Origin: an uncultured Planctomycetales bacterium
GTDB taxonomy: Bacteria; Omnitrophota; Gorgyraeia; Zapsychrales; JAHFFX01
Assembly (NCBI GenBank): GCA_964372915.1
Contig: CAYJRN010000003.1
Span: 103,660 to 154,789 of the forward strand
Length of the DNA stretch: 51,130 nucleotides
Direction of reading: 5' to 3'
Below, piece by piece: positions 40,076 through 50,134 of the stretch. The notes below the pieces were generated by a model. The model saw only the letters and a list, made by a program, of their open reading frames with translations, ran no database searches and had not been told where the DNA came from. The translations under genes were made by a program, and so were the position numbers. The number at the start of each line of letters is the position of its first letter. Position 1 is the first letter of the stretch.

Positions 40076-40151
40076 TCCCCCCCCATATCTTGTCAATATT
40101 TAGAATTTTCCCCAACAGCTGGTATAACCCATAAATTTGTCAATTTTAGTG

Positions 40152-40216
40152 TTGACAAGTCCTAAATGTTTCCTTAAAATGGCGACATATGGTGAAAAGT
40201 GGAGGAAAGTGGTGAA
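40152..40216 (+). promoter_or_regulatory. dcw promoter and MraZ-type operator repeats
   Basis: TTGACA-17-TAAAAT, then 10-nt-spaced (A/G)TGG repeats: ATGGTGAAAA GTGGAGGAAA GTGGTGAA. Confidence 0.75.
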
Positions 40217-40218
40217 TA

Positions 40219-40656
40219 ATGTTCTACGGCGAATACACCCATAGCATTGATCGAAAAGGACGCTTGATCCTTCCGGCACGTTTTCGGGAAGTGGCGAAAG
40301 AATACGGTATTGAAAAATTCTTTGTCACCCGCGGGCTTGATAAATGTATTTTCATGTTTAGCGAAGACGAGTGGAAGTCGCAGGAACAGAAATTTCGCAA
40401 TATGTCTTTTACGAAACAGGAATCGCGTAGTTTCAACCGTATATTTTTTTCGGGGGCCCTCGAGGCGATCCCCGATAAGCAGGGGAGGTTTATCATCCCC
40501 AACTATCTCAAGGAGTTTGCCGGAATCAAGCGTGACGCGATCCTCATAGGCGTTTCTAATCGCATCGAGATTTGGGACAACGGGGTATGGGAAGAGTTTC
40601 GTAAAAATTCCAGCGATCATTTCGAAAAGACCGCGGAGAATATCTTAGGTGTTTAA
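40219..40656 (+). CDS. mraZ: Division/cell wall cluster repressor MraZ
   Basis: MFYGEY.HSID.KGRL.LP, DKQGR..IP, IEIW. Confidence 0.97.
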   Translation: MFYGEYTHSIDRKGRLILPARFREVAKEYGIEKFFVTRGLDKCIFMFSEDEWKSQEQKFRNMSFTKQESRSFNRIFFSGALEAIPDKQGRFIIPNYLKEFAGIKRDAILIGVSNRIEIWDNGVWEEFRKNSSDHFEKTAENILGV

Positions 40657-40658
40657 CC

Positions 40659-41597
40659 ATGATTCTCATAACCGAACAACCCGTCAATAAAGATATGGAC
40701 AATGAAGAGGACTTGCATGTCCCAGTCATGCTGAGAGAGTCGATGGAATCCCTAAGCCTTCAGTCTGGGAACTGCGCCGTGGACTGCACGCTAGGACTCG
40801 CGGGGCACTCTCTCAAAATAGCGGAAAAAATATCCCCCACCGGTCATCTCATCGCCATTGACCGGGACGGCGATTCGATCAAACAGGCGCGGGAGAGATT
40901 AAAGAATTTTTCCATTCAGATGGATTTCAGGCAAGATGATTTCCGTCATATCGATAAGGTGTTGAGTGATTTAAACATTTCCGAGGTCGATGGGATTTTA
41001 TATGATTTGGGGATTTCCAGTTTCCAATTGAATGACCGGGAGCGAGGATTCAGCCTCAAATCCGAGGGACCCCTCGATATGCGGATGGATAGGGAAAGTT
41101 ACATCTCGGCTTATGATCTAGTCAATTCTCTTTCCGAGCGCGAGATTTCTTCGATCTTGAAGAACTTCGGGCAAGAGAGATTTCACAACCGCATTGCCCG
41201 TTTTTTGGTGCAGCAAAGGCTGAAGGCTCCTCTTGAAACGACCAAGGATTTGACGGAGGTCGTCTTAAGAGCGGTGCCCAGGAAGTTCCAGAATCAGAGA
41301 ATTCATCCGGCCACGCGTACGTTCCAGGCTATCCGCATTGCCGTCAACCGTGAATTGGAGGCTTTGGAGATCGCCCTTGAGAAAAGCATCAATTTTTTAA
41401 AGATCGGCGGGCGTATCTGCGTCATTTCATTCCATTCTTTGGAAGACAAGATCGTGAAAGAGAAGTTTAGGAGTTTTGCCAAAGCCGGAAGAATAAAAAT
41501 AATTTTTAAAAAACCCTTGCGACCCACGGAAGACGAGATTCATAATAATTCCCGTTGTCGCAGCGCGCGATTAAGAGTCGCGGAGAGGACAACATGA
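40659..41597 (+). CDS. rsmH: 16S rRNA m4C1402 methyltransferase
   Basis: HVPVML, DCTLG..GHS, DLGISS.Q, PLDMRMD, HPATRTFQAIRI, FHSLED. Confidence 0.97.
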   Translation: MILITEQPVNKDMDNEEDLHVPVMLRESMESLSLQSGNCAVDCTLGLAGHSLKIAEKISPTGHLIAIDRDGDSIKQARERLKNFSIQMDFRQDDFRHIDKVLSDLNISEVDGILYDLGISSFQLNDRERGFSLKSEGPLDMRMDRESYISAYDLVNSLSEREISSILKNFGQERFHNRIARFLVQQRLKAPLETTKDLTEVVLRAVPRKFQNQRIHPATRTFQAIRIAVNRELEALEIALEKSINFLKIGGRICVISFHSLEDKIVKEKFRSFAKAGRIKIIFKKPLRPTEDEIHNNSRCRSARLRVAERTT

Positions 41598-41971
41598 AAC
41601 TCATCGGCTTCTTTAAAGCAATGATCTTTGTCACCGTTGTTTCTCTTCTGTATATTCATTTGCAGATGAGAATTTTCGATCTCGCTTATCAGGGAAAAGT
41701 GAAAGAAAAACAGATCAAAAATTTGATGGATGAAAACGGTCAAGTGACGTATGCTATCCTAAAGCTTAAGTCTTCTCAGAATTTGGGCGGAAAACTTCTT
41801 TCCGACAACTCGGATTTCAGATTTATCAGCCAGAATAACGTCGTCGTCCTTAAAAGCACCGAAACCGTTCCTCTACGAACCGACTTAGCGATGATGAGAG
41901 AAACGCAAGAGAAGGCGAACTTGCTCACCTGGCTTTTTGGTCTTAAGGCCCAGGCGGAAACCAGTCGGTAG
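41594..41971 (+). CDS. FtsL-like cell division protein
   Basis: TM plus coiled coil, located between rsmH and ftsI. Confidence 0.6.
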   Translation: MKLIGFFKAMIFVTVVSLLYIHLQMRIFDLAYQGKVKEKQIKNLMDENGQVTYAILKLKSSQNLGGKLLSDNSDFRFISQNNVVVLKSTETVPLRTDLAMMRETQEKANLLTWLFGLKAQAETSR

Positions 41972-42022
41972 TTCAGGATTTTTGATTTAATTTTTTTGAT
42001 TTAATCAGAGAAATCTCCTACA

Positions 42023-43726
42023 GTGCATACCCGAAAGCACTTCTCCCGCTTCAGCCTCATCTTTCTTTTTCTTATTTTCTGTTTGATTTTTTTCTCGATT
42101 CAACTGGCCCTGATCCAGATTTTCCGCTCGTCCTATCTTGCCAAACTCGCAGAGAAACAACACAATTATTTCTTCGAATTGGAACCTGTCCGCGGGAACA
42201 TCCTCGACCGGCAATTGCGGCCCTTGGCGGTCAATGTCTCGGTCTATTCGCTCTATGCTAAACCCAAGATGATGACCGAGGCCCAGAAAGAGGGAGCCGT
42301 CAAACAACTTTCCATCCTGTTTCATCTGGACCCGGATTTTCTGAGGGATCGTTTTTCGCGCAAGAAATATTTCGTGTGGCTGGCCAGGAAAATCCCCATG
42401 GAGACGGCAGAGCAGATCAAGGCCCTCAAGATTTCAGGCTTAGACTTTATTAAGGAAAGCAAACGCTATTATCCCAATCAGGAATTGGCGAGCCACCTCA
42501 TTGGTTTTACCGACGTCGATAACGTGGGATTGGAAGGCTTAGAGAGGATGTACGACCGGTACTTAAAAGGCAAAATGGGCTGGGCGCAAATCCTGCGTGA
42601 CGCTAAACAGCGGGAACTTTTAATTGAAAAAAGTTACGTGGCCCCGCGCGACGGGTTTGATCTGGTGCTCACAATCGATGAAACAATTCAATTTATCGCC
42701 GAGCGGGCGCTGGAAAAGGCTTTTGTAAAACATCAAGCCAAGTCCGCGACGATCATCGTCATGAATCCCCAAACCGGTGAAATCCTGGCGCTGGCCAATC
42801 GTCCCACCTATGATTTAAGTCGATTAGACAGCAGTAGTGTTGAAAATCGTACGAATCGCGCCGTCGCTTTTACTTTTGAGCCGGGTTCGGTTTTCAAAAT
42901 CGTCACGGCTTCCGCCGCGTTGGAAGAAGGGGTCGCCAAAGAAGACGATAAATTTTTCTGCGAGAACGGCAACTATCATATCTACGGTCACATCCTGCAC
43001 GATCATCACCCCCACGGGACGCTCACGTTTTCAGAGGTTTTTGAGCAATCAAGCAACATTGGGGTCGCAAAAATCGCGCAAAAATTAGGAGCGCAGAAAG
43101 TTTTTGAGTATGCCGATCGATTTCGTTTCGGCAAAGTCACCAATATCAACTTACCCGGAGAAGTTCGCGGGAATCTTAAACCCGTTTCCGTGTGGTCAAA
43201 AACTTCGATGACGGCCATTCCGATGGGTCAAGAGGTGACGGTCACCTCCATTCAGCTAGTCAGCGCCATTGCGGCTATCGCAAATGACGGCATCTCTATG
43301 AAGCCTTATATGGTAAAATACATCAAAGACCAAAATGGAGAAGTCATCAAAGAGTTCCAACCCGAAGTCGTGGCCCAAGTGATCAGTCCTCAAACGGCCA
43401 AACGCGCGCAAGCGATCCTTTCCCGGGCGGTTGAAAATGGTACAGGAAAAATGGCCAGGATTGAAGGGGTCCGGGTCGCGGGGAAAACCGGAACGGCCCA
43501 AAAAGTCGTGAATGGCGCCTATTCGCATGGAAAATATTTCGCTTCCTTTATCGGTTTTGCGCCCGTCGATAGTCCGCAACTCGCGGTCATGGTCACGGTG
43601 GAAGAACCCAAAGGAACGTATTTCGGCGGGACCGTTTCCGCTCCCGTGTTCAAAGAGGTCGTGGAAAACACACTGAGATATCTGGAAGCTAAGAAAGAGC
43701 TTCAAACGGTGGTCCAAAAGTTTTGA
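42023..43726 (+). CDS. ftsI: Class B penicillin-binding protein (FtsI/PBP3-like)
   Basis: RGNILDR, EPGSVFK (SxxK), SSN, KTGT. Confidence 0.92.
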   Translation: MHTRKHFSRFSLIFLFLIFCLIFFSIQLALIQIFRSSYLAKLAEKQHNYFFELEPVRGNILDRQLRPLAVNVSVYSLYAKPKMMTEAQKEGAVKQLSILFHLDPDFLRDRFSRKKYFVWLARKIPMETAEQIKALKISGLDFIKESKRYYPNQELASHLIGFTDVDNVGLEGLERMYDRYLKGKMGWAQILRDAKQRELLIEKSYVAPRDGFDLVLTIDETIQFIAERALEKAFVKHQAKSATIIVMNPQTGEILALANRPTYDLSRLDSSSVENRTNRAVAFTFEPGSVFKIVTASAALEEGVAKEDDKFFCENGNYHIYGHILHDHHPHGTLTFSEVFEQSSNIGVAKIAQKLGAQKVFEYADRFRFGKVTNINLPGEVRGNLKPVSVWSKTSMTAIPMGQEVTVTSIQLVSAIAAIANDGISMKPYMVKYIKDQNGEVIKEFQPEVVAQVISPQTAKRAQAILSRAVENGTGKMARIEGVRVAGKTGTAQKVVNGAYSHGKYFASFIGFAPVDSPQLAVMVTVEEPKGTYFGGTVSAPVFKEVVENTLRYLEAKKELQTVVQKF

Positions 43727-43836
43727 TGCTGCGACATCGCTTAAGCATCAAACTCTTGAGCGACCCATTCGACAAGCTCAAAGTCGTCTTACAGCAAGTG
43801 AAACGCGTCGAAGGATGAAGAATGAGCCAAAGAGTT
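43722..43836. repeat. Intergenic palindrome cluster including a TTCGAC..AAGCTCA..GTCGAAGG element
   Basis: TTTGATGCT/AGCATCAAA; 43765-43814 is homologous to the ribH insert. Confidence 0.75.
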
Positions 43837-43841
43837 GATTT

Positions 43842-45305
43842 ATGCGTCTAAAGGAATTACTAGAGAATATTTACCAAGGCGATATCCCTTCAACATTTGC
43901 CAATTCTCAGGTTCCATCCATCTCTTGCGATTCCCGCCAAGTCATCCCGCAGAGTCTTTTTGTCGCTCTTAAAGGTCCGACCTTAAACGGCGCTGATTTC
44001 ATCAGCGATGCCATCAAGAAAGGGGCTACCGTTATTGTCAAGAATGAAGGAACCCTGAACGGATTTCACGATTCCAAAATTTGCGTGATCGATGTCAAGG
44101 ACACCTCCCAATTTTGGCGCGAGATCGTCCGCAATTTTTTCGGTAACCCCTCGAAGAACGTGAAGACCGTCGGTATTACCGGTACCAACGGCAAAACGAC
44201 CTTGACCTATCTGATGGAATCCATTTTGAACGCGGCCGGTCAAAAGTGCGGCGTCATCGGCACCGTGAATTATCGTATCGGTAAAAAAGTATTGCCGGCC
44301 AAGAACACGACCCCGGGGCTTTTGGACAATCAAGGCTATCTGGCCCAACTCGCCGAAGAGGGAATCAAATATTGCGCGATGGAAGTCTCCTCGCACGCGC
44401 TTGAGCAAAGACGGGTGGACTTAATTGATTTTGCCGTCGGCGTTTTTACGAATCTTACCGGCGATCATTTGGACTATCATCACACGATGGAGAATTATTT
44501 TAAAGCCAAAGCGATTCTTTTTGAAGGTCTTTCGCCGGCCGCCGCGGCGGTCATCAATGTCGATGATTCGTACGGCTGCCGGCTTGCGGGTTTGACGAAG
44601 GCCAAAGTGATCAGTTATGGGATTAAAAATCGCGCGGATATCCGGGCTGAAGAAATTCAATTGAAGCCGGGGGAAACGGATTTCTTGATCAAATTCCCCG
44701 CCAGAGAGCTCTGGATCCATTCCCAATTGATCGGTGAGCATAATGTTTACAACATCCTCGCGGCAGTAGCTGCGAGTGATGCTTTGGGCATTGATCCGGC
44801 GCAGATGAAGATTGGTGTTGAGAAGTTAGCCGGTATTCCGGGGCGTCTCGAGCAGGTTCCATGCGGAAAAAATTTTTACGTTTTTGTGGATTACGCCCAC
44901 ACAGAGGACGCGCTCAAAAATGTTTTGGTCAGCCTTAAAAGGATCAGCCGCGGGCGCGTGCTTCTGGTCTTTGGCTGCGGGGGGGACCGCGATCAAACCA
45001 AGCGCCCGCAGATGGGACGGGTCGCTAGTGAGCTGGCGGATTTTTCGTTCGTCACCAGCGATAACCCCAGAACCGAAAATCCTGAGGTTATCATTGATCA
45101 AATCCTCAAAGGTTTCGCCGGTAAGAATGTCAAAGTGATCGTTGATAGAGAAAAGGCCATTCAGGCCGCCTTAGAGGAGGCCCGCAAAGAAGACATTGTT
45201 CTTATCACCGGAAAAGGCCATGAGGACTATCAAATTTTTAAAGACAAGACCATCCATTTCGATGACCGAGAGGTCGTCAGGGAATATCTTCAATGTTCAC
45301 GTTAA
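43842..45305 (+). CDS. murE: UDP-MurNAc-tripeptide synthetase (DAP ligase)
   Basis: GITGTNGKTT, MEVSSH, DHLDYH, DYAHT, DNPR, GKGHE. Confidence 0.97.
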   Translation: MRLKELLENIYQGDIPSTFANSQVPSISCDSRQVIPQSLFVALKGPTLNGADFISDAIKKGATVIVKNEGTLNGFHDSKICVIDVKDTSQFWREIVRNFFGNPSKNVKTVGITGTNGKTTLTYLMESILNAAGQKCGVIGTVNYRIGKKVLPAKNTTPGLLDNQGYLAQLAEEGIKYCAMEVSSHALEQRRVDLIDFAVGVFTNLTGDHLDYHHTMENYFKAKAILFEGLSPAAAAVINVDDSYGCRLAGLTKAKVISYGIKNRADIRAEEIQLKPGETDFLIKFPARELWIHSQLIGEHNVYNILAAVAASDALGIDPAQMKIGVEKLAGIPGRLEQVPCGKNFYVFVDYAHTEDALKNVLVSLKRISRGRVLLVFGCGGDRDQTKRPQMGRVASELADFSFVTSDNPRTENPEVIIDQILKGFAGKNVKVIVDREKAIQAALEEARKEDIVLITGKGHEDYQIFKDKTIHFDDREVVREYLQCSR

Positions 45306-46672
45306 AAGAAATCATCGCGGCGACCCATGGGGTTTTGATTCAAGGCGACCAGAGAGTCAACGTTCAAAGGGTTTCTTCCGATAGCCGGACCACACAAACG
45401 GGAGACCTTTTTATTGCCATCAAGGGAGAACATTTCGACGGCCACGCGTTTGTAAAAAAAGTTCACCACCGTCATGCGGCGGCGGTCATTGTTTCGAATC
45501 CCGCACTCATTTTTCCCAAGAAACTGTCGGTCATCCTCGTGAAAGATACCGTGAAAGCTTTCGGGCATATCGCCCGCGCTCATCGGGACAAGTTCAAGAT
45601 CCCCATCATTGCCGTGACCGGAAGCACGGGCAAGACGACCACCAAGGAAATGCTCGCGCGGGTTTTGGGCGCGCGTTATTCCGTTCTTAAGAACGTCGCG
45701 ACCCACAATAACCACATCGGCGTTCCGCAAACGCTTTTAAAACTGACGACGGCGCACGATCGAGCGGTGATTGAGTTGGGGACCAATCGCTTCGGGGACA
45801 TCCGTTGGCTCACCGAAGTAGCCAATCCGACGACGGCTCTTTTCACAAATATCGGCGAGTCCCATTTGGAATCCTTAAAGACTTCCTCGGGCGTTTTTAA
45901 GGAAAAATTTGAGTTGGTAAAAAATATGAGACCTAAGGGAGTTGTCATTTTTAACGCCGATGACCGTTATTTGCGCGCTATTCTTAAGAAGAAGTTGTCT
46001 CACCGCTTGATCTCTTATGGGATCGACGCCGTAAGCGATTATCGGGCGACCAATATTAAAGTGGAGGGAATGCGCGTGCGTTTCAAGGTGGGAACGCAAG
46101 CGTTTCAATTGAGCGCGCCGGTTATTCACAATGTGTATAACGCTCTGGCGGCGATCGGTTGCGCCCGCGCGTTCGGCATGGGTTATCGAGAAATCGCCCG
46201 CGCTTTAAGCGCCTTTGATTTTCGTTGCGGCAGGCAGGCCATTGAAAAGGTGGGAGGGTGTTGGGTCATTGATGACACTTACAACGCGAATCCGGTTTCT
46301 TTCCGCAGCGCCATTGAAACCTTAAAGTCGCTTAACAATCCAGGCCGAAAAGTGGTGGTCTGCGCCGATATGCTGGAACTGGGCAAGGAATCTCATCGAC
46401 TGCACTATGCGATGGGCGAGACGCTCGCCCAAGCCCATCCGGATATGGTTCTCTCCATGGGCAGATTTTCAAAATTTTTGCTGAAAGGAATCAAGAGCAA
46501 TCATAATGGCATCGAAGCGCATCACTGCCGTGACCTTGACATGATTCACAGCCGGTTGAACAAATTTTGTCGCCCAGGGGATGCGATCCTTGTCAAAGGC
46601 TCCCGGGCTATGCGCATGGAAAGGACCGTGCAGTTCTTACAGACATCTTTAAAAGGAAAGGCAAAAGTTTAA
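45293..46672 (+). CDS. murF: UDP-MurNAc-tripeptide--D-Ala-D-Ala ligase
   Basis: TGSTGKTTTKE, NNHIGVP, DDTYNANP.S, MLELG, KGSR. Confidence 0.96.
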   Translation: MFTLKEIIAATHGVLIQGDQRVNVQRVSSDSRTTQTGDLFIAIKGEHFDGHAFVKKVHHRHAAAVIVSNPALIFPKKLSVILVKDTVKAFGHIARAHRDKFKIPIIAVTGSTGKTTTKEMLARVLGARYSVLKNVATHNNHIGVPQTLLKLTTAHDRAVIELGTNRFGDIRWLTEVANPTTALFTNIGESHLESLKTSSGVFKEKFELVKNMRPKGVVIFNADDRYLRAILKKKLSHRLISYGIDAVSDYRATNIKVEGMRVRFKVGTQAFQLSAPVIHNVYNALAAIGCARAFGMGYREIARALSAFDFRCGRQAIEKVGGCWVIDDTYNANPVSFRSAIETLKSLNNPGRKVVVCADMLELGKESHRLHYAMGETLAQAHPDMVLSMGRFSKFLLKGIKSNHNGIEAHHCRDLDMIHSRLNKFCRPGDAILVKGSRAMRMERTVQFLQTSLKGKAKV

Positions 46673-47758
46673 ATGTTCTACTTTTTGAGTGACTTCAAGG
46701 AATTCTTTTTTGGATTTAATATTTTTCGTTACATTACGTTTCGCACCGGCATGGCGGCGGTGACGACGTTTTTATTATGCGTCGTCTTGGGTCCTATCAT
46801 CATCAATAAGTTAAGGCAACTTAAAGTCCAGGAGATCGCCAGGCGCAAGGACGCACCGGCGCTCGATAGGTTCCAGAATTCCAAGGAAGGAACCCCCACG
46901 ATGGGGGGCGTTTTTATCATCGGCAGCATCGTTATTTCAGTTTTGCTGTGGGCGGACTTGAGGAATCCCTACATTCTGTTGACACTTTTCACCTGCCTAG
47001 GGCTGGCGGTGTTGGGTGGTATTGACGATTACATCAAATTGACGAGGCCGGGGCAAAGAGGCTTGAAGGCCGCAACCAAATTGTCTTGGCAAATGCTTTT
47101 GGGATTTATCGTCGGCGCGTTTATCTATTTTTATCCGGGAACATCCACCCAGCTGGACGTCCCGTTTTTTAAGAACATCCTCATCGACTTGGGAGTCTTT
47201 TACATCCCGTTTGTGGCGATTATTGTTGTGGGCGCGTCCAACGCCGTTAATTTGACGGACGGCCTGGATGGTCTGGCCATCGGCTGTGTTTTAATTGTCG
47301 CAATCGCGTTGGGGGCTCTGAGTTATATCACCGGAAATATTAAATTCAGTCAATACCTGCTTATCCCTTTTGTGAGCGGCAGCGGAGAATTGACGATTTT
47401 TTGCGCGGCGCTGGTGGGGGCGAGCTTGGGCTTCTTATGGTTCAACTGTTTTCCGGCCAGTGTTTTTATGGGCGATGTCGGCTCCTTGGCGCTGGGGGGT
47501 TCTATCGGTGTCATGGCGGTCCTCATCAAGAAAGAACTGCTTTTGGGAATTCTGGGAGGGATTTTTGTCCTCGAGGCGCTTTCGGTCATCTTGCAGGTGT
47601 TGTCTTTTAAGATGACCGGCCGGCGTCTTTTTAAAATGTCTCCGTTCCATCATCATTTACAAATTTCCGGCTGGAACGAATCTAAGATCATTATTCGTTT
47701 CTGGATCATCGCGATTATTTTAGCCATGATCACCTTGACCACCCTTAAGATCAGGTAA
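46673..47758 (+). CDS. mraY: Phospho-MurNAc-pentapeptide transferase
   Basis: GTPTMGG, DDY.K, NAVNLTDGLDGLA, FMGD.GS, HHH. Confidence 0.97.
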   Translation: MFYFLSDFKEFFFGFNIFRYITFRTGMAAVTTFLLCVVLGPIIINKLRQLKVQEIARRKDAPALDRFQNSKEGTPTMGGVFIIGSIVISVLLWADLRNPYILLTLFTCLGLAVLGGIDDYIKLTRPGQRGLKAATKLSWQMLLGFIVGAFIYFYPGTSTQLDVPFFKNILIDLGVFYIPFVAIIVVGASNAVNLTDGLDGLAIGCVLIVAIALGALSYITGNIKFSQYLLIPFVSGSGELTIFCAALVGASLGFLWFNCFPASVFMGDVGSLALGGSIGVMAVLIKKELLLGILGGIFVLEALSVILQVLSFKMTGRRLFKMSPFHHHLQISGWNESKIIIRFWIIAIILAMITLTTLKIR

Positions 47759-47768
47759 AGAATTCCTC

Positions 47769-49031
47769 ATGGATTTGAGAGAAAAAAAGGTAACGGTCAT
47801 CGGCGCCAAGCGAAGCGGTTTGGCGGTCGCGGATCTCGTTGAGCGATTGAAAGGTCGCCCGCGGATTTCCGAGTGTGCCACGGCCGAGGCCTTGGGAGGA
47901 AACTTACAACAGTCCTTATCCCGGCGGAACGTGGCGTTTGAATTAGGCGGACACACCCGGCGCTTTATTGAGGAAAGTGATCTGGTGGTATTAAGCCCTG
48001 GGGTAAGATTCGACGCGCCGCCCGTCCAATGGGCCAAGGCAAAAAATATTCCGGTTTTGGGGGAAATCGAGTTCGCTTGGAAATTTTGCACAAAGCCCGT
48101 CATCGCCGTGACCGGCAGTAACGGCAAGACGACGACGGTTCATCTCATCACTCAAGTCCTTGAGAATGCCGGCAAGCAGGTCTGCCTGTGCGGCAATGTC
48201 GGAACGGCCTTTTCCCAACACGTTTTGAATCTTAAGAGCAAAGATTACGTGGTTCTTGAAATCAGTTCCTTTCAGCTTGAGTCCATCATCCATTTCAGGC
48301 CGCAGGTGGCGGTGTTTTTAAATTTCAGCCAAAACCATTTGGATCGTCACAAAGATTTGGAGGAGTACTGGGCCGCTAAAAAAAGGATCTTCATGAATCA
48401 AACAAAAGATGATTTCGCGATTCTTAACGATCAAGATGAGAGCGTTCGCTCGCTCGTCGCGCAAGTCCACTCGCGAGTGTCATTCTTTAATTCCGCCCAA
48501 CAGATCATTGAGACAGGCATCAATAATCCCAATCATTTGGCGGCTGTGGAGGTGGGGCGGGTCCTGGGAGTTTCTTTGGACAGCTGCAAACGCACGTTCG
48601 CGCAGTTCAAAGGTGTCGAGCATCGCTTAGAATTTGTGCGGACTATTGAAGGCGTCGATTATATCAATGATTCCAAATCGACGACGGCCCAAGCGACCCG
48701 TTGGGCGCTTGAGCGCGCTTACAAACCGGTGATTCTTATTTGCGGCGGCCGGGACAAGCATATGGATTTTACGGTCCTTCAATCCCTGGTGCGCCAAAAA
48801 GTTAAAAAGATGCTTGTCATTGGCGAAGCCAGAGAGAAAATAAAGAAAAGCTTCCAGGATGTCGTGGATGTCGAAGAAGTGCCGGATTTGTCAAAAGCCG
48901 TTTGGCGCGCCAAAGAAGTCGGCCGCGAAGGCGATGCCGTGATTTTAAGTCCGATGTGCGCGAGTTTCGATATGTTCACCGATTATGAACACCGGGGCCG
49001 GAGGTTCAAAGAAATTGTCAGGAGTTTGTAA
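47769..49031 (+). CDS. murD: UDP-MurNAc-L-Ala--D-Glu ligase
   Basis: LSPGV, TGSNGKTT, EISSFQL, HLDRH, NDSK.T, SPMCASFD. Confidence 0.96.
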   Translation: MDLREKKVTVIGAKRSGLAVADLVERLKGRPRISECATAEALGGNLQQSLSRRNVAFELGGHTRRFIEESDLVVLSPGVRFDAPPVQWAKAKNIPVLGEIEFAWKFCTKPVIAVTGSNGKTTTVHLITQVLENAGKQVCLCGNVGTAFSQHVLNLKSKDYVVLEISSFQLESIIHFRPQVAVFLNFSQNHLDRHKDLEEYWAAKKRIFMNQTKDDFAILNDQDESVRSLVAQVHSRVSFFNSAQQIIETGINNPNHLAAVEVGRVLGVSLDSCKRTFAQFKGVEHRLEFVRTIEGVDYINDSKSTTAQATRWALERAYKPVILICGGRDKHMDFTVLQSLVRQKVKKMLVIGEAREKIKKSFQDVVDVEEVPDLSKAVWRAKEVGREGDAVILSPMCASFDMFTDYEHRGRRFKEIVRSL

Positions 49032-49033
49032 AA

Positions 49034-50134
49034 ATGCGTGATCTAAGAATTTCGCTCGCCACGACCTTTAGTATCCTCATCTGCATTGGCATCATCATGA
49101 TCTACAGCTCAACGAGTATTTACGCTTTGCAGATTCATGGCGAAAGCACCTATTATTTTACCCGGCATCTGATGTTTCTTTTCCTGGGATTTTGCCTGAT
49201 GGCCATGGGAATGACGATCGATTATCGGGATCTTAAGAAATACGCCAAACCGATTCTCTTCTTAACGATTTTGATGCTCATCCTCGTCTTAGTACCGGGA
49301 ATCGGTAAAGAAAGTAACGGTGCTCGACGCTGGTTTAAGATTGGTTTTTTAAATTTTCAGCCTTCTGAATTCGCGAAGATAGCGCTTATTGTTTACGTCG
49401 CGGAATTCCTTTCCCGTAAAAAAAAGCGGATTTCCGATTTTAAAACCGGTTTCTTGCCGCTGGTTCTGGTGATGGGCATTGTCTGCGCCTTGATTCTTAA
49501 ACAACCGGATATGGGAACCTCGCTCAGCTTAGCGGCCATCATCATGATCCTGATATTTATCGCCGGAGCGAACGTCAAACATGTCTTGGGTCTTACCTTA
49601 TTGTCTTTGCCGGCGCTTTATCTGTTGGTCGCGCGAGTGCCGTATCGCATGGCCCGGATCATGGCGTTTTTGGATCCCTGGCAGGATGCCCAAGGAGTTG
49701 GTTTCCAGCTTTCGCAGTCCCAGATCGCGCTTGGTTCCGGAGGACTTTTTGGCGTGGGGCTAGGGCAGAGTATGCAAAAACTTTTTTATCTGCCGGCGGC
49801 GCACACGGATTTTATCCTTTCGATTATCGGAGAGGAAGTTGGTTTGCTGGGAACGCTCACCGTGGTTTTTTTATTCCTGTGTTTCATTTGGCAGGGAGCG
49901 CAAATCGTCAAAAGGACGGCCGACCCGTTCGGCTATTACTTAAGCGCGGGGATCGTATCGATGATCGGCCTGCAGGCGGTCATCAACATCGGGGTGAGCA
50001 TTGGGGCGCTGCCAACGAAAGGATTGCCTCTTCCCTTTATCAGTTATGGCGGATCCGCGCTCATCTTCAACATGCTTGCCGTTGGACTATTGCTTAACGT
50101 GTCCCGGACGCAAGCATCACAGGCCTGTGCATGA
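49034..50134 (+). CDS. ftsW: SEDS glycosyltransferase FtsW
   Basis: GARRW, QPSEFAK, QPDMGT, LPAAHTDF, P.KGLPLPFISYGGS. Confidence 0.95.
   Translation: MRDLRISLATTFSILICIGIIMIYSSTSIYALQIHGESTYYFTRHLMFLFLGFCLMAMGMTIDYRDLKKYAKPILFLTILMLILVLVPGIGKESNGARRWFKIGFLNFQPSEFAKIALIVYVAEFLSRKKKRISDFKTGFLPLVLVMGIVCALILKQPDMGTSLSLAAIIMILIFIAGANVKHVLGLTLLSLPALYLLVARVPYRMARIMAFLDPWQDAQGVGFQLSQSQIALGSGGLFGVGLGQSMQKLFYLPAAHTDFILSIIGEEVGLLGTLTVVFLFLCFIWQGAQIVKRTADPFGYYLSAGIVSMIGLQAVINIGVSIGALPTKGLPLPFISYGGSALIFNMLAVGLLLNVSRTQASQACA

Noticed and set aside
41979..42006. Tandem TTTTTGATTTAAT duplication
   Set aside because: Low-complexity slippage with no further support
50118..50129. CACAGGCCTGTG palindrome at the ftsW 3' end
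   Set aside because: A single 12-mer could arise by chance in 51 kb
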